Assembly (NCBI RefSeq): GCF_016432865.1
Contig: NC_067401.1
Span: 204,786,001-204,850,000, forward strand
Origin: Antechinus flavipes
Taxonomy: Eukaryota
Direction of reading: 5' to 3'
DNA length: 64,000 nt
Part shown: piece after piece, positions 49,662 to 63,900 of the stretch
Numbering within the stretch: position 1 is the stretch's first letter
Layout: each line of letters begins with the position of its first letter
Program-made: the position numbers and the translations under genes
Notes under the pieces: generated by a model
The model's input: the letters and a program-made list of their open reading frames with translations, nothing else
Databases searched by the model: none
Told to the model about the DNA's origin: nothing

Positions 49662-52600
49662 AAAAAGTAAAGCAGAAAAAACCCCAAGAGGCCAAATTAT
49701 TGGTGAAGAGTCTGTTCTTAACAAGGTTAATTTTTGGAAAGCTGTCATAGCCTACTTATGGAGCTGTACAGTAAGTAGTTCTTCCCCCATGTGAAAGAAT
49801 CACCTAGAGCTGATAATCTACTATTATAGCCTTCAAGAAACAAGATTCATTTCTTTTCCATGATAAAGCATTGGAATTGGTTATAATAATGCCTTATAAT
49901 TTCTTAACTTTTAACTTTATTTTTCCTAAAACAAAAAATTTTATAAACCTTAAAATTAACATAGATACATTAGCTACTTTTCTAATTGGTATGATGGCTT
50001 GGAGTTGGAAAAATAAGTTGTAGGAGAAGGGATTTCTCCATTTTCTCTTGGCCATGATACCTTGGCAGAATTTATTATCTAGTAGGAAAAGAGGACATCC
50101 AGAAGAAAACAGGATAAGTCAGTCAGTCAAGGCAAAGTTAACAGAGGAGCCAATTTCCCATATCCCTTCCATCATTTGTCATGTCATTTTCCTTTTCCAT
50201 CTTCTTAGTCAGTCTGTTGGGTGTGGCGTGCCACTTCTTGTTTTACTTTGCGTTTTTCTAATTATTAGTAATTTAGAGTACTTTTTTTCATATGGCTATT
50301 GATAGCTTTGATTTCTTCCTCAGTAAACTACCTATTTATATTCTTTGATTATTAAACAGGAAATAGCTAGCTTTGTGAGTTTATAAGACACTCATCATTA
50401 GTCAATGAAAGTTGAATTTCAGAAAGGAACAGACTCAGTAAGTCTAGTTAAACAATCAATGTGGTAAAAAATATACTATAGAAAGTAAAATGAGGAAACC
50501 ACAGGAAGGGAAAGGATACCTAAGCCCTCTAGTATCAGAGATGTGAGTGGCCTTGGTCACCTAGGCTTCCAAAGTGTGTGACTCTCTACTAGAATACACT
50601 CTGTGTACATAATCTTCCCATTAATGTGGCATGTAGCTATGGAAAATTGTATCGTAGATTTAAGGAGAAAATGTTTTGTTACCAGTATTTGTGCTATGTG
50701 ATCTCAGTAAATGCCTTTGCTTTGAGTTAACTGTCTGCTGACTGACTCATAAAGTTAAGTGTATTAGTAGGGGCTCATGAGCAATAGTTTTTCCAGCTCA
50801 AACCTAGAGCAAATTGAACCTGTATCTCCACAGCTCTATTCCTCATGATGATGATGATGAGGAAGAGGAGGAGGAGGAGGATGACGATGATAGCATGTAA
50901 TACTCCACTTCTTAAGAATTTGATAATTACAGGTGCTATCTTTGTTCACACTGAAAAATATAAAAGAATTTACTTAGCTTGCTATAAAATACATATGACA
51001 TATAAACATTTGTATAGACCTTTCCTTTTTGTTAGGATTTTTGTATAGATAAAAGTTATTCCTCGATGGCAAAGAAAAAAATCCTAAGATCTCCTATGAG
51101 TCCTTTTATTTTTATTTGAAGCCATTTTCCTAATGCATGCCAAATAATTGAATGTTTTCTATAAATATTTATTAATTATTCCTTGATTTTTGCTTTAATG
51201 CTAATACAAGTAAAAAAATTTTCCTTTTTTTCCTAATAATAATTTCATAGGAATATTTTCACCTGGAATCATAAATAAGGCCCTCCCCAACCCCATTTTT
51301 AGTTAACCATAAGTAGATCATGGAACATTCCATTCCCTCTTGCCTCATCTCTTTCAATCAATTTCTGTTCCCAAAGATTTTAAGCTGAAAGCAGAGGTAG
51401 CAGACAGTTTGTTCCCTACTAATTACCAGCCTGGAATTTCAGAAAAAGAGGGAACATTTTTAATATATATCAGTCAGAGACAGAAGAAAGGAAGGGAGGA
51501 AAGGAAGGAGGAAAGAAGGAAAGAAGGGAGGAAGGAAATTGGAAACCTCCTTGAGAGTTGCTATACCATGACCATGTGGGGAATTGCTAAATCATCCCTC
51601 CCCAATCTGGACAAAGATATGGAGACCAACAGGATCCTCACTCTAGCCAGCTGTAAAGAATATTTTTTAATAAATTTCCTTTGGATATGAAAATCTTGTG
51701 TGTGGGTTTCCTTTTCCTCTCCTAGTAAGGATGTTTGGGTTACCACATAACCATTCATTTGGAGAGGCATTTGTTGCCAAAGGAAAGAATTGAACTGAGT
51801 AGGAGAAACTGATCATGTCTCCTCATTTTTAAATTCCTCCAACTCAAGGGGCCTCAATTCAATGGGCCTCATTCCAACTGCTTTAATGAGAGGTCTTGAT
51901 TTATTATATCCTCCTCCAACCCAGACTGTGAGGCAGATTTGAGAGTAAAAATACGGTAATTCAGGAAAGGATATTGTGGCTCTAAAGTGAGAATACTGAG
52001 TAATCCACCTCCCAAGGCTGAAATGATGCTCAAAAAAGAAAAGGCAAGCAAATCCTTTTTTTTTTTTTTTTTTTTTTTTGCAAATTTAAGGTGTTTTTTT
52101 TCCCTGGCCTACTTCTTAAATCGAACGTACTATCTGTTCCCGAGGTCTCACCATGCCTCAGTCCGAAAAGGACAAATGAAATAAAACAAGAACAAAATCC
52201 CAAGTTCGTTTCTTGAGACCATGGCACCTAACAGAACGAAGGGGAAGGTAGCCATTTGTTCCTCATCAGTTTAGTTAATGGTGTATCTGCTATATGGGTC
52301 AAAGAGATATTTACCCTTTCTGGACTTCATGAGAAAAAGGGAAGTGTCCCATTTTGAGAGTTTTTAAAAGATGCAGTATGATCCAGCTACTAACCAATAG
52401 GAAAAGGCTGCTTCCTCACATGGCAGGGGAACCATGGAATGCCTTCTCTAAGAAGCTGCTTCTTGGTATTTCCCATGAAACTGTTAGGCAATGTGAAGAT
52501 GCTCCAGACTCTATTACATACAAATATATGTATATAAAATATATGTGTATATGTATATAAATCAATTATGATTTTCCAAAACTAGCTTAGAAGTAATATT

Positions 52601-54409
52601 ATAAATTTGGAGACAGAAGATTTGTATCCAAGTGCTGATTCTGCTACATGGTACCTATGTGGCTGAGGTTAAATGATATTCCCTTCTGGAACCTCAGTTT
52701 CTGTTTCCTCACCTGTAAAATGAAAAAATTTAGCTATGGGATGTTTAAAGTTTTTTTCCTAGCATTTGATTCTATGAAAGGGCATTAGAAATAGTGAGGT
52801 CCTAATTAGTGCAAATAATGAATTCCCTAAAGTGGCTGCATTAATTTGAATTTCACACAACATTTCCAGTAGACTGGAACCAATTACCACATCTTACATA
52901 ATTATAGTTTCAAATTGTGTGTATATGAATACATGTGATCACTTCAGGGGATTCATTATTTACACTAATTGAGACCTTGCCATATAGTCCAACCCCCTTA
53001 TTTTACAGATGAGGAAACTGACCCCAATTTTCCTTTACCCTAGACAACAGGGTGTTAAAAGGATAATATAATTTTGACAATAAGTAACTTCTGTATGAGA
53101 TTGGCTACTGTATGGATCTCTAGTACTAAGGACAAGAAAGGAGAAGTTGGTCTCCCTGAACTCCCTAGGGAAGAATGAAGGCATTTGGGAGGTGAAAAAA
53201 GTACTTTGCAAGATTTTTCTTTTTAAAATAATTTATTTCCCCCCAATAAAATGTAAAAATACTTCAAACTTTTTTTTTTTAATTTGAGTTGAGAGAGTCT
53301 CTCTCTCTCCTCTTCCCACTTCCTGAAATGGTAAGCAATCTGATATAGGTTAATACATGTTTGGCCAAATTTTTCTTTGCCGAACAAAATTGAAAATTAT
53401 GACCAAGGGTTTAAGTTCTGTGCATCTTTAGGTAGAAGATGTTGGGATCTTTTGTCAGGTGACATGTTATGTGTGTATGTGTGTGTGATTCTACAAAAGG
53501 AGATAGAATCCTGGTATGCAACTCACAAGGAGGGAAAAAAATCATAGAACTTGAAAGTTGGAACAGAATCTGAACTGACATTTCTTATAAGTGATCATCC
53601 AAGTTTCTGCTTGAAGACTATTAAGAAGGGAAATTCTACTATCTATCAAGGCAGCTCATTTGGATTATTCTAATGGTGAGGAACTTTTCTCTGACATTAA
53701 GCCTAAAGTCTGCTCCTTTGGAACTTCAAAACACATCTATTCCCTTCTCATTGCTGCTGCTCAATTATATCTCACTGGAAAAAAAAAAAAAAAGAAAACC
53801 CCATAGATGTGATTCCATAGACATCATCCATGAGGTTTTCTTTTTCTTTTTTTTTTCAATGTATTCATTTTTTTCCAAATACATGTAAAGATCATTTTCA
53901 GTATTCATTTTTATAAAACTTTATGTTCCAAATCTTTCTCCCTTACATCCCTCCTCCATGGAATTGTCTTAGAAAAGATACTGACTTAATTTGTCATTTC
54001 CATCTCCAATGTGTCTCCAAACTGAGGTAAATGGGTATTAAATGACTTACCCAGAGTCACACAGACCAAATCTGAAATTGGTTTGAGGCTCCTGGAGTTC
54101 ACTACCCATTGTACCACTTATCTGTCCCAAAAAACCTTCAATCTATCTACAGCAGTGTAATTATCTTCATTTTATAGTTGGGAAAATTGAGGCAAGAGGT
54201 TAAGTGACTTTGGGTCATGTAGTTAGTAAGGGTCTGAGATTGTATTTCAACTCAGGTCTTTCTAACTGTGCTACTCATTAAGACAGTTTCCTATCTGTGG
54301 ACTTTTTACCTCTCAGACTCCCTCCTACTGTTAATACTTCTTGCTCTTCCCCATTCTCCGTTAGCCAGACTAGATGAGCAATTCCTGAAGATTCCCAAGA
54401 ATCTTCCAG

Positions 54410-54810
54410 GGGTCATAAGGTCAAAACTATTTTCATCACAATCCCAACATTTTATTTATCTAATAAAATGTTTCTCAACTAGATAGATGCTTTAAGCCAG
54501 CTTTTCTTCACATACTTTAGCTAAAACAATATATTTCAACAGATTGAATGGAGCAGATAAAGAGAATCCAGCTGTCTTCTATTAAGTTAGATATTAAAGA
54601 GACCGGCAAAAATATGCAAAACAATGCTAGTCTTTTCATTCTTTTTTGTTTTGATAGTTATTTTTCATACAAATGATGTTAATTTATGAAGAAATATTTT
54701 TAAAATGTGTTTTAATGTTTTAAGATGTGTTCTAATGAGATGAATACTGATGACTATAATTTTTGAGTGTAAAGGGTTTTCAGAGATTAAAAAAAAAAGA
54801 ACCACTGACT
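54410..54810. mobile_element. Charlie-like hAT DNA transposon remnant
   Basis: aggtcaaaactattttcat..., gagaatccagctgtcttctattaag...attaaagaga and terminal gaaccactg, recalled as Charlie-family sequence. Confidence 0.65.
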
Positions 54811-55054
54811 TAGATAATCTTGTCCTTTTCCAAGAAGCAACTACCAAAAACTGAGAAAGAGGCCTTTCCAGGAAGACATCTTTTGTTTTCAAAGCATCTA
54901 GACCATTTTTTAGATGTTTTTGTCTGCTTGGAACTAGGGATAATTCTTCCTCATCTAGCCAAGACATTCCATGACATGCTACTGGTGACACGTGAGCCAC
55001 ACAGAGTTGCCTGATAAGAGTTTAAGTCATTTAGTATGCCCCAAATTTCTCTCC

Positions 55055-55302
55055 AGCTATGTGGTACAATGGCTAGAACACTGGGCCTAAAGTTAGGAAG
55101 ACTGACTCATCTTTCATGAGTTCAAATTCAGCCTGACCCTTATCAGCTATGTGACCCTAGACTAGTCATTTAACTCTGCTTGCCTCAGTTTCTCCATTTG
55201 TAAAATGAGCTAGAGAAGGAATGATAAATCACCCCAGTACCTTTGCCAAGAAAATCCTGATTGGAGTCACAAAAAGTCAAACACATGAAAAATGACTGAA
55301 TA
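55055..55302 (+). mobile_element. CORE-SINE (Mar1-like)
   Basis: ctcatctttcatgagttcaaat...gcctcagtttctccatttgtaaaatgagctagagaagg...atgactgaa. Confidence 0.85.
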
Positions 55303-55629
55303 ATATCAAATTACTTTTCAGTGGTCCAATAAAATTGCCATGCTTGCCCCACCTTGCCATCTAACACCAGGGAACTACATATAGAGAACCCTCAGGTAAA
55401 TGTACACCTCTGTACATTTGGACCTCTAAGGTTTTAAATATTTTATTTCTCTCTATAAAAAGTCATCAATATGTTGAGGAGTTATTAGTTCTTTTAAGAG
55501 TATCATCTCTGAAAGTACTATGGTCATTTCTTTTAAATTGCAAAAACTTGTCTCTAGGTTAAAAAAAAAATTCTATAACCCCTACCCTTTTAAGGAATGC
55601 ATCTTCTTAAAGGATCAGTCTGTAAAGCA

Positions 55630-58600
55630 TCTTTATTTGTTACATATGATGTTTATATATAGCTTTGCTTGGTTTCCAACCTCAATGTTAAAAAAAAAAA
55701 TAAAAATAAACCCATAGCCGTTTAAAAGAATTTTGGCTTGCCTTAACAAAAGCAGAAAAATAACAAGGAACATCTTTAGCAAAATGTAATTATAAAATTC
55801 ACTAAAAAACACCGTTCTGTTTTGGCTGAAATGCGACATAAAATTCTTTATTTTTTCTTTCTTTAAAAAAACACACACACACAAACACAACACATCACAA
55901 AAGGAAATACTATGAATATGTCATACAAAGCGCTTTGGCAATGTACCAAGTATACTGCATGCTGGGGAAATACAGCCGAACACACCAAAGATCATGAAAT
56001 CAAACTCAAAAATGGCACAAACCTGAATAAATTACATCCAGCAAGGAGAAGGCATGCAAGCGAGCTGTTGAACAGAACATCAGGAAGTAATAACAGGAAC
56101 CGAACGTAACCACAGCTTTAAAATGTTTTCTTTTTTAATACATTAAACTTTTTTTTTCAAAAATACTCTTCTTTACAATAGAACTCCTAGAAAATATTTA
56201 CACCCTTCTGCTAATAAAATATAACAGCAGTTAAATATATCTGAAAATAAGATGGGCTTTTTTTTCCATAAAATATATCTGTTAACTTTTTCTGTACAAG
56301 CTTTCTCAAAGAGGACTAGATTCACTAGTGAAAACATCTGAGAGTAAACATCAACCTTGTTGAAGACATTAACCGTTAAGTGAAAAGTGTTTGCTTTTTT
56401 TGTAAGGGGAAGAAGCCAAAACAAGATAATTGATGCAGGCAGAATATATATATTTTTTCTTAATGAAAAGTAAAAGTAGAAAGGTAAGTGCATTCTTTTA
56501 ATATGAATTTGATTCTTTTATGTATAAATGATCAGGAAATAACAGATATAGGGAATTGGGCCCATCTGTAAGGGGAGAATTCTTTGGTTATTTAAAGTAA
56601 ATATTATGTGGAATTAGGTGGTAAGTTAAAATTGTGCCTTCTGAATTTTGTCTCTTTAATGTTGAAAACCTGGGACATCTGGGTCATCCTCTGAGTAGAA
56701 GGAATGCACTATCTTTATAAGCTCTGTATGTTTTTAGGTTTGACAGATTTTCAGATCCCAGAGATGCTGTGACTTTGGACCCAGAAGCAGGGCCACCCTT
56801 AGAGCCATTCTACTAAACCTGGGGCTCTAATGACCCAGGGACAGACTGGCCTTGGAGGTACCAGTTGGTCCAACCATGACACTCATGACACCATGAAAAT
56901 CTTGGGTTGAATAGATCTGTAATGGTTTCACAACATGGGGGAGATTGCCAGAAATTCCTCAATACATGTCAAAAAAAAAAAAAGTTCATTTAAAAGATGC
57001 ATGAAATCTGAGACCTCAAAACCCATCTGAAATGACAATGAATGACATACAACTATACATATTTTAAGCAGAGGGAGAGGGAAACTAGGAAATTCCATTT
57101 TTAAAAAAAAAGGACAATTGATTGAAATGAGGCTCATTTATTCATTTGCTTATAATTTTGTCATTATGCTCTGGGGCTTTTGTGCATGAGCCAGGAGTAC
57201 ATACGCCAAGCAGCCTATGTGATGAAAGATACTGGGCTGGCCTTTTCCTGGAGAGATGTTCCCTGTAGAGTGTTGAAAGACCATTATGAAAAGTGGTCAA
57301 GCTCTTCCCTTCTGAAATCCCTCACTTCTCCTCTAATCCTATCCAATGGCAAGTCACTGATGGGGACACATCACTTACTAGATCAGCACAAGGAATCAGG
57401 ATCCTCAGAGACAGAAGATGAAAGAAGATTGGTGGGAAGGAAAAAGGCCTTTAGTCTCCCAAAAGGTTTAAAAAGTCACATGGCATTCACTTTACAGTGG
57501 TTTGTCTGTGAGAACACTATTTCCTACCAGATTGGGTCCCAATTGTAGAACCTCCCTAGTTTCCCTAGTGGAAGACTGTCTTAGTTGAAGTGGAAAAGTA
57601 TCTGAGCTATATAAACTACTTGTAAAAGAATTAAAGATTTATTACTTTCAAGTATGCACAGTAACACTGCTGTCAGGGTCAAGGGAAGGGGGAGCCCAGC
57701 TATGTCTTCAGAGAACCCCAAAAATTACTTTAGTACATCATTCATACTAAACATATTCCGGGTCTGAATGCTAGCATATTGTGGCTTAAGGGGTATAGTG
57801 GAATCACCATGGACCTTCTTCATTCAACATTTCCCTTGTTTATTGCCAATATTTGGCTTGGCAAACCCCTTCCCCATCCCATATTTAGTGCAGAGGTAAA
57901 CTTCAGTCTAGCATCTGTGAGTCCAAGCTAAATCCTAATGAGTTTTCACAGTACTTCTAAATGGCACAAGGTCTTGTTTTGGGCTCCCCTGTTGAGTGTG
58001 AACAGTGGTACTAAAAGGATTATGAACCTCCTATCAGCTACCTTGTTCTACAAAGAAAAGCCTTGTTCCTAAGACAATTCCTTACCTTAGGAAGTCCACT
58101 ACTCTCCCTCCCCACAAATGGAAGAACTCCCACCCTGCTATATCAGTATACCTCACTTGTAATAGGCTTGTAGCCTGGGATCCCCTTCACCTCTTCTAAT
58201 ACCATAGTAGCTGTCACTAGTGAGGTCAGGGTCACCAAATGTGGCCCTCTTAACAAGCAGCATTTTAATCCCAAGTGGGCTCCACCCACAGAAGCATCAG
58301 CTCTGTTCTCCCACCTGGGGGAATGGTAAACTACTGCCTTATTAAGAACCCTGATGGAGAGAAGCCTGAGAATACATAGCACTTTGATTCCTATAAAGAG
58401 AACCACCATTTACAAGAAAGGCAGTGTGAAGATGGACCTTCATTCACATTGGCTCAATTAATCCAAGGATGTGTATGAAGGAACAATGACAGAAAAGGGC
58501 CCATTTTGCCCAATTTACTACCACTGCATCTAGTTGCAAGGATGCAATGGGACAATGGAATATAGATTCTCGCATTGCCTGGAGAAGCATGGCCTAAGTC

Positions 58601-59034
58601 CCCAACCTAAATCTATAGTGCCCTCCAAACACATGAGAAGCTTTGGGTAAAATGTACACTTGATGCCTGAGACTTAAGATCTTACCTATGAAAAACATCT
58701 GGGGGAAAAATGGAGATGCAACACCAGATCCACCTTCAGGAGCTGTCAGGAGTGAACTCATGAGAACATAACCCAGATGAAACATTTCTTAAAGATATTT
58801 GTGCCAATTATTTATTTCCCTCCCACCCCCCCAAATTTTTTTCTTTTTAAAAAAAAACAGGGAAAAAAATAAAAGATTTTTCTTTTTCTTTTTTTTTTCT
58901 GGACCTGAATAAAAGGAACTCCTTTTAAAAACAGGTAGTTTAAATGGCTGAGAATAATGCAGGCAGTCATAGATTCCTGACCATTAAGGATGAATGCCAA
59001 GGGCCTGAATTGTCTCTCAGGGACATAGGATTCT
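55630..59034 (-). other. TRERF1: Probable TRERF1 3' UTR (about 3.2-3.4 kb)
   Basis: Follows the stop codon, is poor in recognisable TEs and U-rich on the minus strand; AATAAA candidates at 55847-55852 and 55632-55637. The 3' end is inferred. Confidence 0.6.
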
Positions 59035-59353
59035 TTACAGTTCTGTGTCACCCTGTAAAAGAGTGGTGTCATCATCCAAGAGGAGGTCTGTGTCCACAAC
59101 TTCAGTCTCTTCAATGACACCTCCCAATTCCTGGACAACATCGTCACCAAGAATGTCGACATCCTCCACGTGTTTTATTAAACCCAGATGGTCCAGAGGA
59201 ATCAACCCAGCTCCCACTGGCCCAGTAGTCCTCTCAATGGCAGCTGCCATTTCAGCAGCAACTGCAGCTTTCTGGGCTTTTTGCCTCTGCTGCTCTTCCT
59301 GTTGTCTATGTGTCTTCATGTGGGCATTACGGCTTTTGATCTTGAAAAATACC
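59035..59353 (-). CDS. TRERF1: TRERF1 terminal coding exon (partial gene; upstream exons outside the window)
   Basis: ttatcttacag|g gta ttt ttc aag: [15 protein letters not shown] (second half of a C2H2 finger) [32 protein letters not shown]...VDTDLLLDD...LLQGDTEL*, recognised as the TRERF1 C-terminus. Confidence 0.95.
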
Positions 59354-59449
59354 CTGTAAGATAAAGGACACAAAGAGAGGTTAATGAGGTTCATGAAAAG
59401 ATTAGGTTTTTTTCCTAAGGAAGATTCTTTTAAAATAATATTATACTTT

Positions 59450-60030
59450 ATATTTTAACATAATTTTTTTTATTATTAAGGCTTTTTTATTTTCAAAACA
59501 TATGCATAGATAATTTTCAACATTCACTTTTGCAAAACCTTGTGTCCCAAATTTTTTCCCTCTCTTCTTTCCATCCTCTCTGCTAGCAGCAAATAATCCA
59601 ATATATTTAACAATTTTTCCCTAAATTTTGAGTTATAAATTCTCTCCCACCCTTCATCCCAACCATTAAGACAAGCAATATATTAATTATACATGAAGTC
59701 ATACAAAATATATTTGCATATAACAGTTAGGTTATTAAAAAAAAAAAGCAAGAGAAATAAAATAAATGAAAAGAGTATGCTTCAATCTGCATCCAGAGTT
59801 CATCAATGCTCTCTCTGGAGTTGGGTAACATTAAAAAAAATTTTTTTTCCCCACAGTTGTTCATTTTTACTGTGTATAATGTTCTCCTGGTTCTGCTTGC
59901 TTCACTTTGTACCAGTTCATATACATCTTCCCATTTTTTTCCAAAACTACCCCTGGCTCATAATTTCTAATGACATAATGGTATTCCATCATAGTTGTAT
60001 ACCACAACTTGTCCAGCCATTCTCCAAGCA
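59450..60030 (-). mobile_element. L1 3' fragments in TRERF1 last intron
   Basis: aacattcacttttgcaaaaccttgtgtcccaaatttt and gttctcctggttctgcttgcttcact...cagccattctcca. Confidence 0.75.
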
Positions 60031-62400
60031 GAAGAAATTGTGGGAAAAAAACTGCATCTATTATAGGGTCTTAAATCTATCTACAGAAGGGAGGAATGGG
60101 ACCTCAGAGGCTATCTAGTTCAACCCCCATCTTTTAAAAATGAGAAAAACAAAACTTGTATGATGTAACAGAAAACATACTGATTGGGGAATCAAAGGAC
60201 ATATATATACTAACATCTTCCCTTTGTGATCTTTGGCAAAGCACCTCTCCAGATTTTGGTTTCCTCATCTATAAAGTAAGGAAGCTGGAATATAAACTGG
60301 AGATTCAAGAACCAGAGATTGAATTTGAACCTGTGGTCTACTGACTTCAGATCCCATGTTCTTTTTGATATTCCATGTTGCTGGTGTTGTGGGTATGATC
60401 AGTGTCTTGTTTTCTCTTTGTTGTGACAGAATAGCCAAAAAGAGTAAGGTAGGGAGTTAATTTAGAAAGACGGTGATATTAAAAGAAGAGGCACCAATAA
60501 AACTCTTGAAAAGATTTTTTTTGTTTCTAAAGATTAGATTTTTCCAATATTCAGTACTTGAAGTGTTGCTTTAGAGTCTTGGAAGTTAGAGCTAAAAGGA
60601 GGTATATTAGAAATCTAATACTATTCCCTTCACCAAGAAGGAGACAAGTCCAGAGAGGCTCTGTGCATTTCTAGGGACACATGAGTAGTCAATGGAAGAA
60701 TTGATTCTACAACCCAGAGCTCTTTCTACTTTACCGCAGATGCCTCATGGGATGGAGATGATCTTTAGGGACTTCTTTGTGGTGGTAATGGGGGGAGTGC
60801 TTAAAAGGCCCATTATTCTGAGCTCTGAAATATTTCCTTTCCCCTTTCTCCTTCTATTCTCCTCATTATTATGGCGTCTTCTGTCCTTTCTTTCCTTGTA
60901 GATAAAGCAATGGACACTATAATAATAGTAGCACGAAAATGTGCTGGCAATCAGGGAAGTGTGGTTAGAGATGTTCAGGGTACATGGTGGTAACAATGTA
61001 ACATCAAAGACAGTGAAGTTCATGCAACCACTTGAAGGTCGAAAATAAGTTTTTTTGGACAGTGCCACTAAAAACTCCTTTGTCTCCATTTAGAAGGATA
61101 AAAAGAGTTAAGAGGAGAAAAAGAAGAGAGAATATTCTAGTCAAGGCCATTATATATCTGCCATTTTAAGAAAAGGGTAAATATGAATACAAAGAAATAT
61201 GGTGAGATTCAAGGTGCTAATGTGATATCAACAATATCAGAATTATATAGACACTGACTCCATATTTATCTAAAAGATAAAAACAAAGGAAAAAATGAAA
61301 GGAGGTCAGACGGAATGCATTTGTCTGTTATCTGTTCATGTGTTTGACTCTACTCTGTTAAATATTAAGAGATCCAGATAAAATTTTATTCCTTATTTTT
61401 TGTATGTTTATTTGATTATTTGGTCTTTATTGATGGCAATAGGATGGAGAGAGTTCTAGATTTGATGTCCAGTATCACATTGCTTCTGATAATAGCAATA
61501 TGACCACATATTCTCTGAGCCTCAGTTTCCTTATTTGTAAGATAGAGAAAATGAAATCCATAGATCCTCCCTCCCAGAATGATCTGGAAGATTCAAATGA
61601 GAAAAGAAGGTAAAAGCACTTCGAACACTTTGCAAACTATTGTTTTGAAGCAGACCTGTGATTTTAACAATGTGGGGAAATTTCTCAGTATGGAAATTCC
61701 CTCTATGGACACAGATCATTAACTGAGACTATAACTCATCAGAGACCTGCCCAAAGTATTGAAATCTGGACTTTGTGACAGAGCTAGGTCTTCCTGACTT
61801 TAAAATGGCTATTCTTTACATGATATTGCCTCTCCATTATTATTATTATTATTAATTATTATGGTTATTGTTGTTATTGTTTTAACTATAATAAATACTT
61901 CAAAAAGAAAAGATGACTAGACCCCCAGCTATCAAGACATTTGCTCCTTTTAGAGAAAAAAATAGGCCTCAACTATGAGTCTTTGCCAGTGTACTACAGG
62001 CACTCATATTAAGAGTTCTCTTGGACATTCTTTACTTTATCAAAGACAGCTACCACTTTAGATACAGCTCATAATGAAATCCTGTCCCTTATCTTTCAGG
62101 CTTTTTTTTTGCTACAGAGATGATGAATTAAATCTGGTCTCTTAAAGTAATAGACTTTATAAAGTAAAGGCCATAGTTAGTCATGAAAGCTAGCATTTAC
62201 ACAGTGCTTTACTGCTTGCAGAACACTTTACAAATATTATTATATCTGATCCTCACAAAAAACTTAAGTAGTAGATGTTATTATTATTATTGTTTAATAG
62301 ATAAGGAAACCAAGGCAGACATAAGCTTAATGATTTACTGAAGGTCACAGAGCTGGTAGATATTTAAGACTGAATTTGAACTCTGGTCTTATAAACTCTG

Positions 62401-62625
62401 AGTGCAGTAGATAGAGCACTGGGTTTGAAATCAGGAAGACTCATCTTCATGAGTTCAAATCCAGCCTGAGATACTTACTTGCTATGTGAATCCTGGGCAA
62501 GTTGCTTAACTCTGTTTGCCTCAGTTTCCTCATCTGTAAAATGAGCTGAAGAAGGAAATGGCAAACCACTCCAGTATCTTTGCCAACACTCCAAATAGGC
62601 TCATAAAGAGTCAGACACAAATGAA
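62401..62625 (+). mobile_element. CORE-SINE (Mar1-like)
   Basis: gtagatagagcactggg...gcctcagtttcctcatctgtaaaatgagctg.agaaggaaatggcaaaccactccagtatctttgcc. Confidence 0.88.
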
Positions 62626-63089
62626 AGGATTCAAAAGCAATCTATCTGTCTTTAATTAAATTAGATCATGTGCTATGAGAAAAAGGAAGACCTGTATGTA
62701 CTGACCCTGACTGGAAAAATATATTGAAGAACAAACAATATGCACAATGACTACAATAACATAAGTGAAAATCGTGTTAATAGAAAGCCAAACTTCTTAT
62801 TTGTAATGAATAATCTAGGTCTCAGAATGTAATTGATAATTCCTTTTTTTGATAATTCATTTGAATTTGTAATTCATGGGTAACAAAATGTTTCATATGT
62901 TCATCCTAACAGTTGATTTTTAATTACTTGTTACAAGGGAGGTGTATTTGTGTAAGGGGATTATATATAGAAGTGAGTGATACGAAAGAAAATGATAAAC
63001 AACTTTTTTTGACATAAAAAATAATTAAAGAAAGCAGGCTAACTTCATTTATTTGGATAGGATTGCTAGTTGACGGCTCTCCAAAATAT

Positions 63090-63900
63090 GGAATGTTTAG
63101 TTGACTTTGATTTTAGCAACTAATTGACAATGCCTCTTGCAAATCTTGTAGAAAACGTGGAGAAATAGCTAGACTCCAGTAAAAGTAGGTGGGATCAGCC
63201 AATCAACTGGACTAAAGTGCCATTATTAATGGCAAAGGTTCAACTTAATAGGTGTCTAGTGGAGTACCCCAGTGATGTGAGCTTGAACCTACCTGGTTTA
63301 CCATTTATATCAATAATTAAGATAAATGCATAGATAGCAGAATGATCAAATCTGTAGATGATACAACCTGGGAAATGAAGCTAACGTACTAAATGACAAA
63401 ACTGGGATTCAAGAAGATCTTGAAAGACTAAAACATTAGACCAATTTTAAAAAGAAATTTAATGGGTCAAATGTAAAGTTGCACATATTATTTCCAAATT
63501 AATAAACTTGACATGGGGTCACAGGGTTAGAAGTTTATGTAAAAAAAAAAATGAAGTTTTTAGAAAACTGTAAGCTTAATGAGTCAAATGAGGGAGATGT
63601 CATCAAAGATGCCTTAGGATGTATTAAGTGAGAAGTATACCCTCTGGGACTAGAGAGTTTGGCTACACACTTTATTCTGCTGTGACCACTTTTGTATTCC
63701 ATATTTTAGGAAAGACCTTGATAAGCTGGAGATTATTTATGGTAGGACAGCAAAGATAATGAAGACCCTGAAACCATACACCACGATTAGCTGAAAGAAC
63801 TGGGGTATTTGACCACAAGACCAGAAGAATGTGGGAAAGAGAGAACATAAAAATGCTTTCACATATTCAAAGTAATGTCACATGGAAGAAAAGATAGATT
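63090..63900 (+). mobile_element. CR1/L3 LINE reverse-transcriptase remnant
   Basis: Ordered motif remnants FDFS, GVPQ (63261-63272), FTIYINN, IKSVDDT (FADD equivalent), IQEDLERL, KFN..KCKV and a KDLDKLE-like stretch. Confidence 0.8.

Noticed and set aside
50845-51048. ORF starting MMMMMRKRRRRR
   Set aside because: Produced by a (GAT)/(GAG) triplet repeat; no coding features.
59045-59359. 104-aa plus-strand ORF
   Set aside because: Antisense shadow of the TRERF1 terminal exon.
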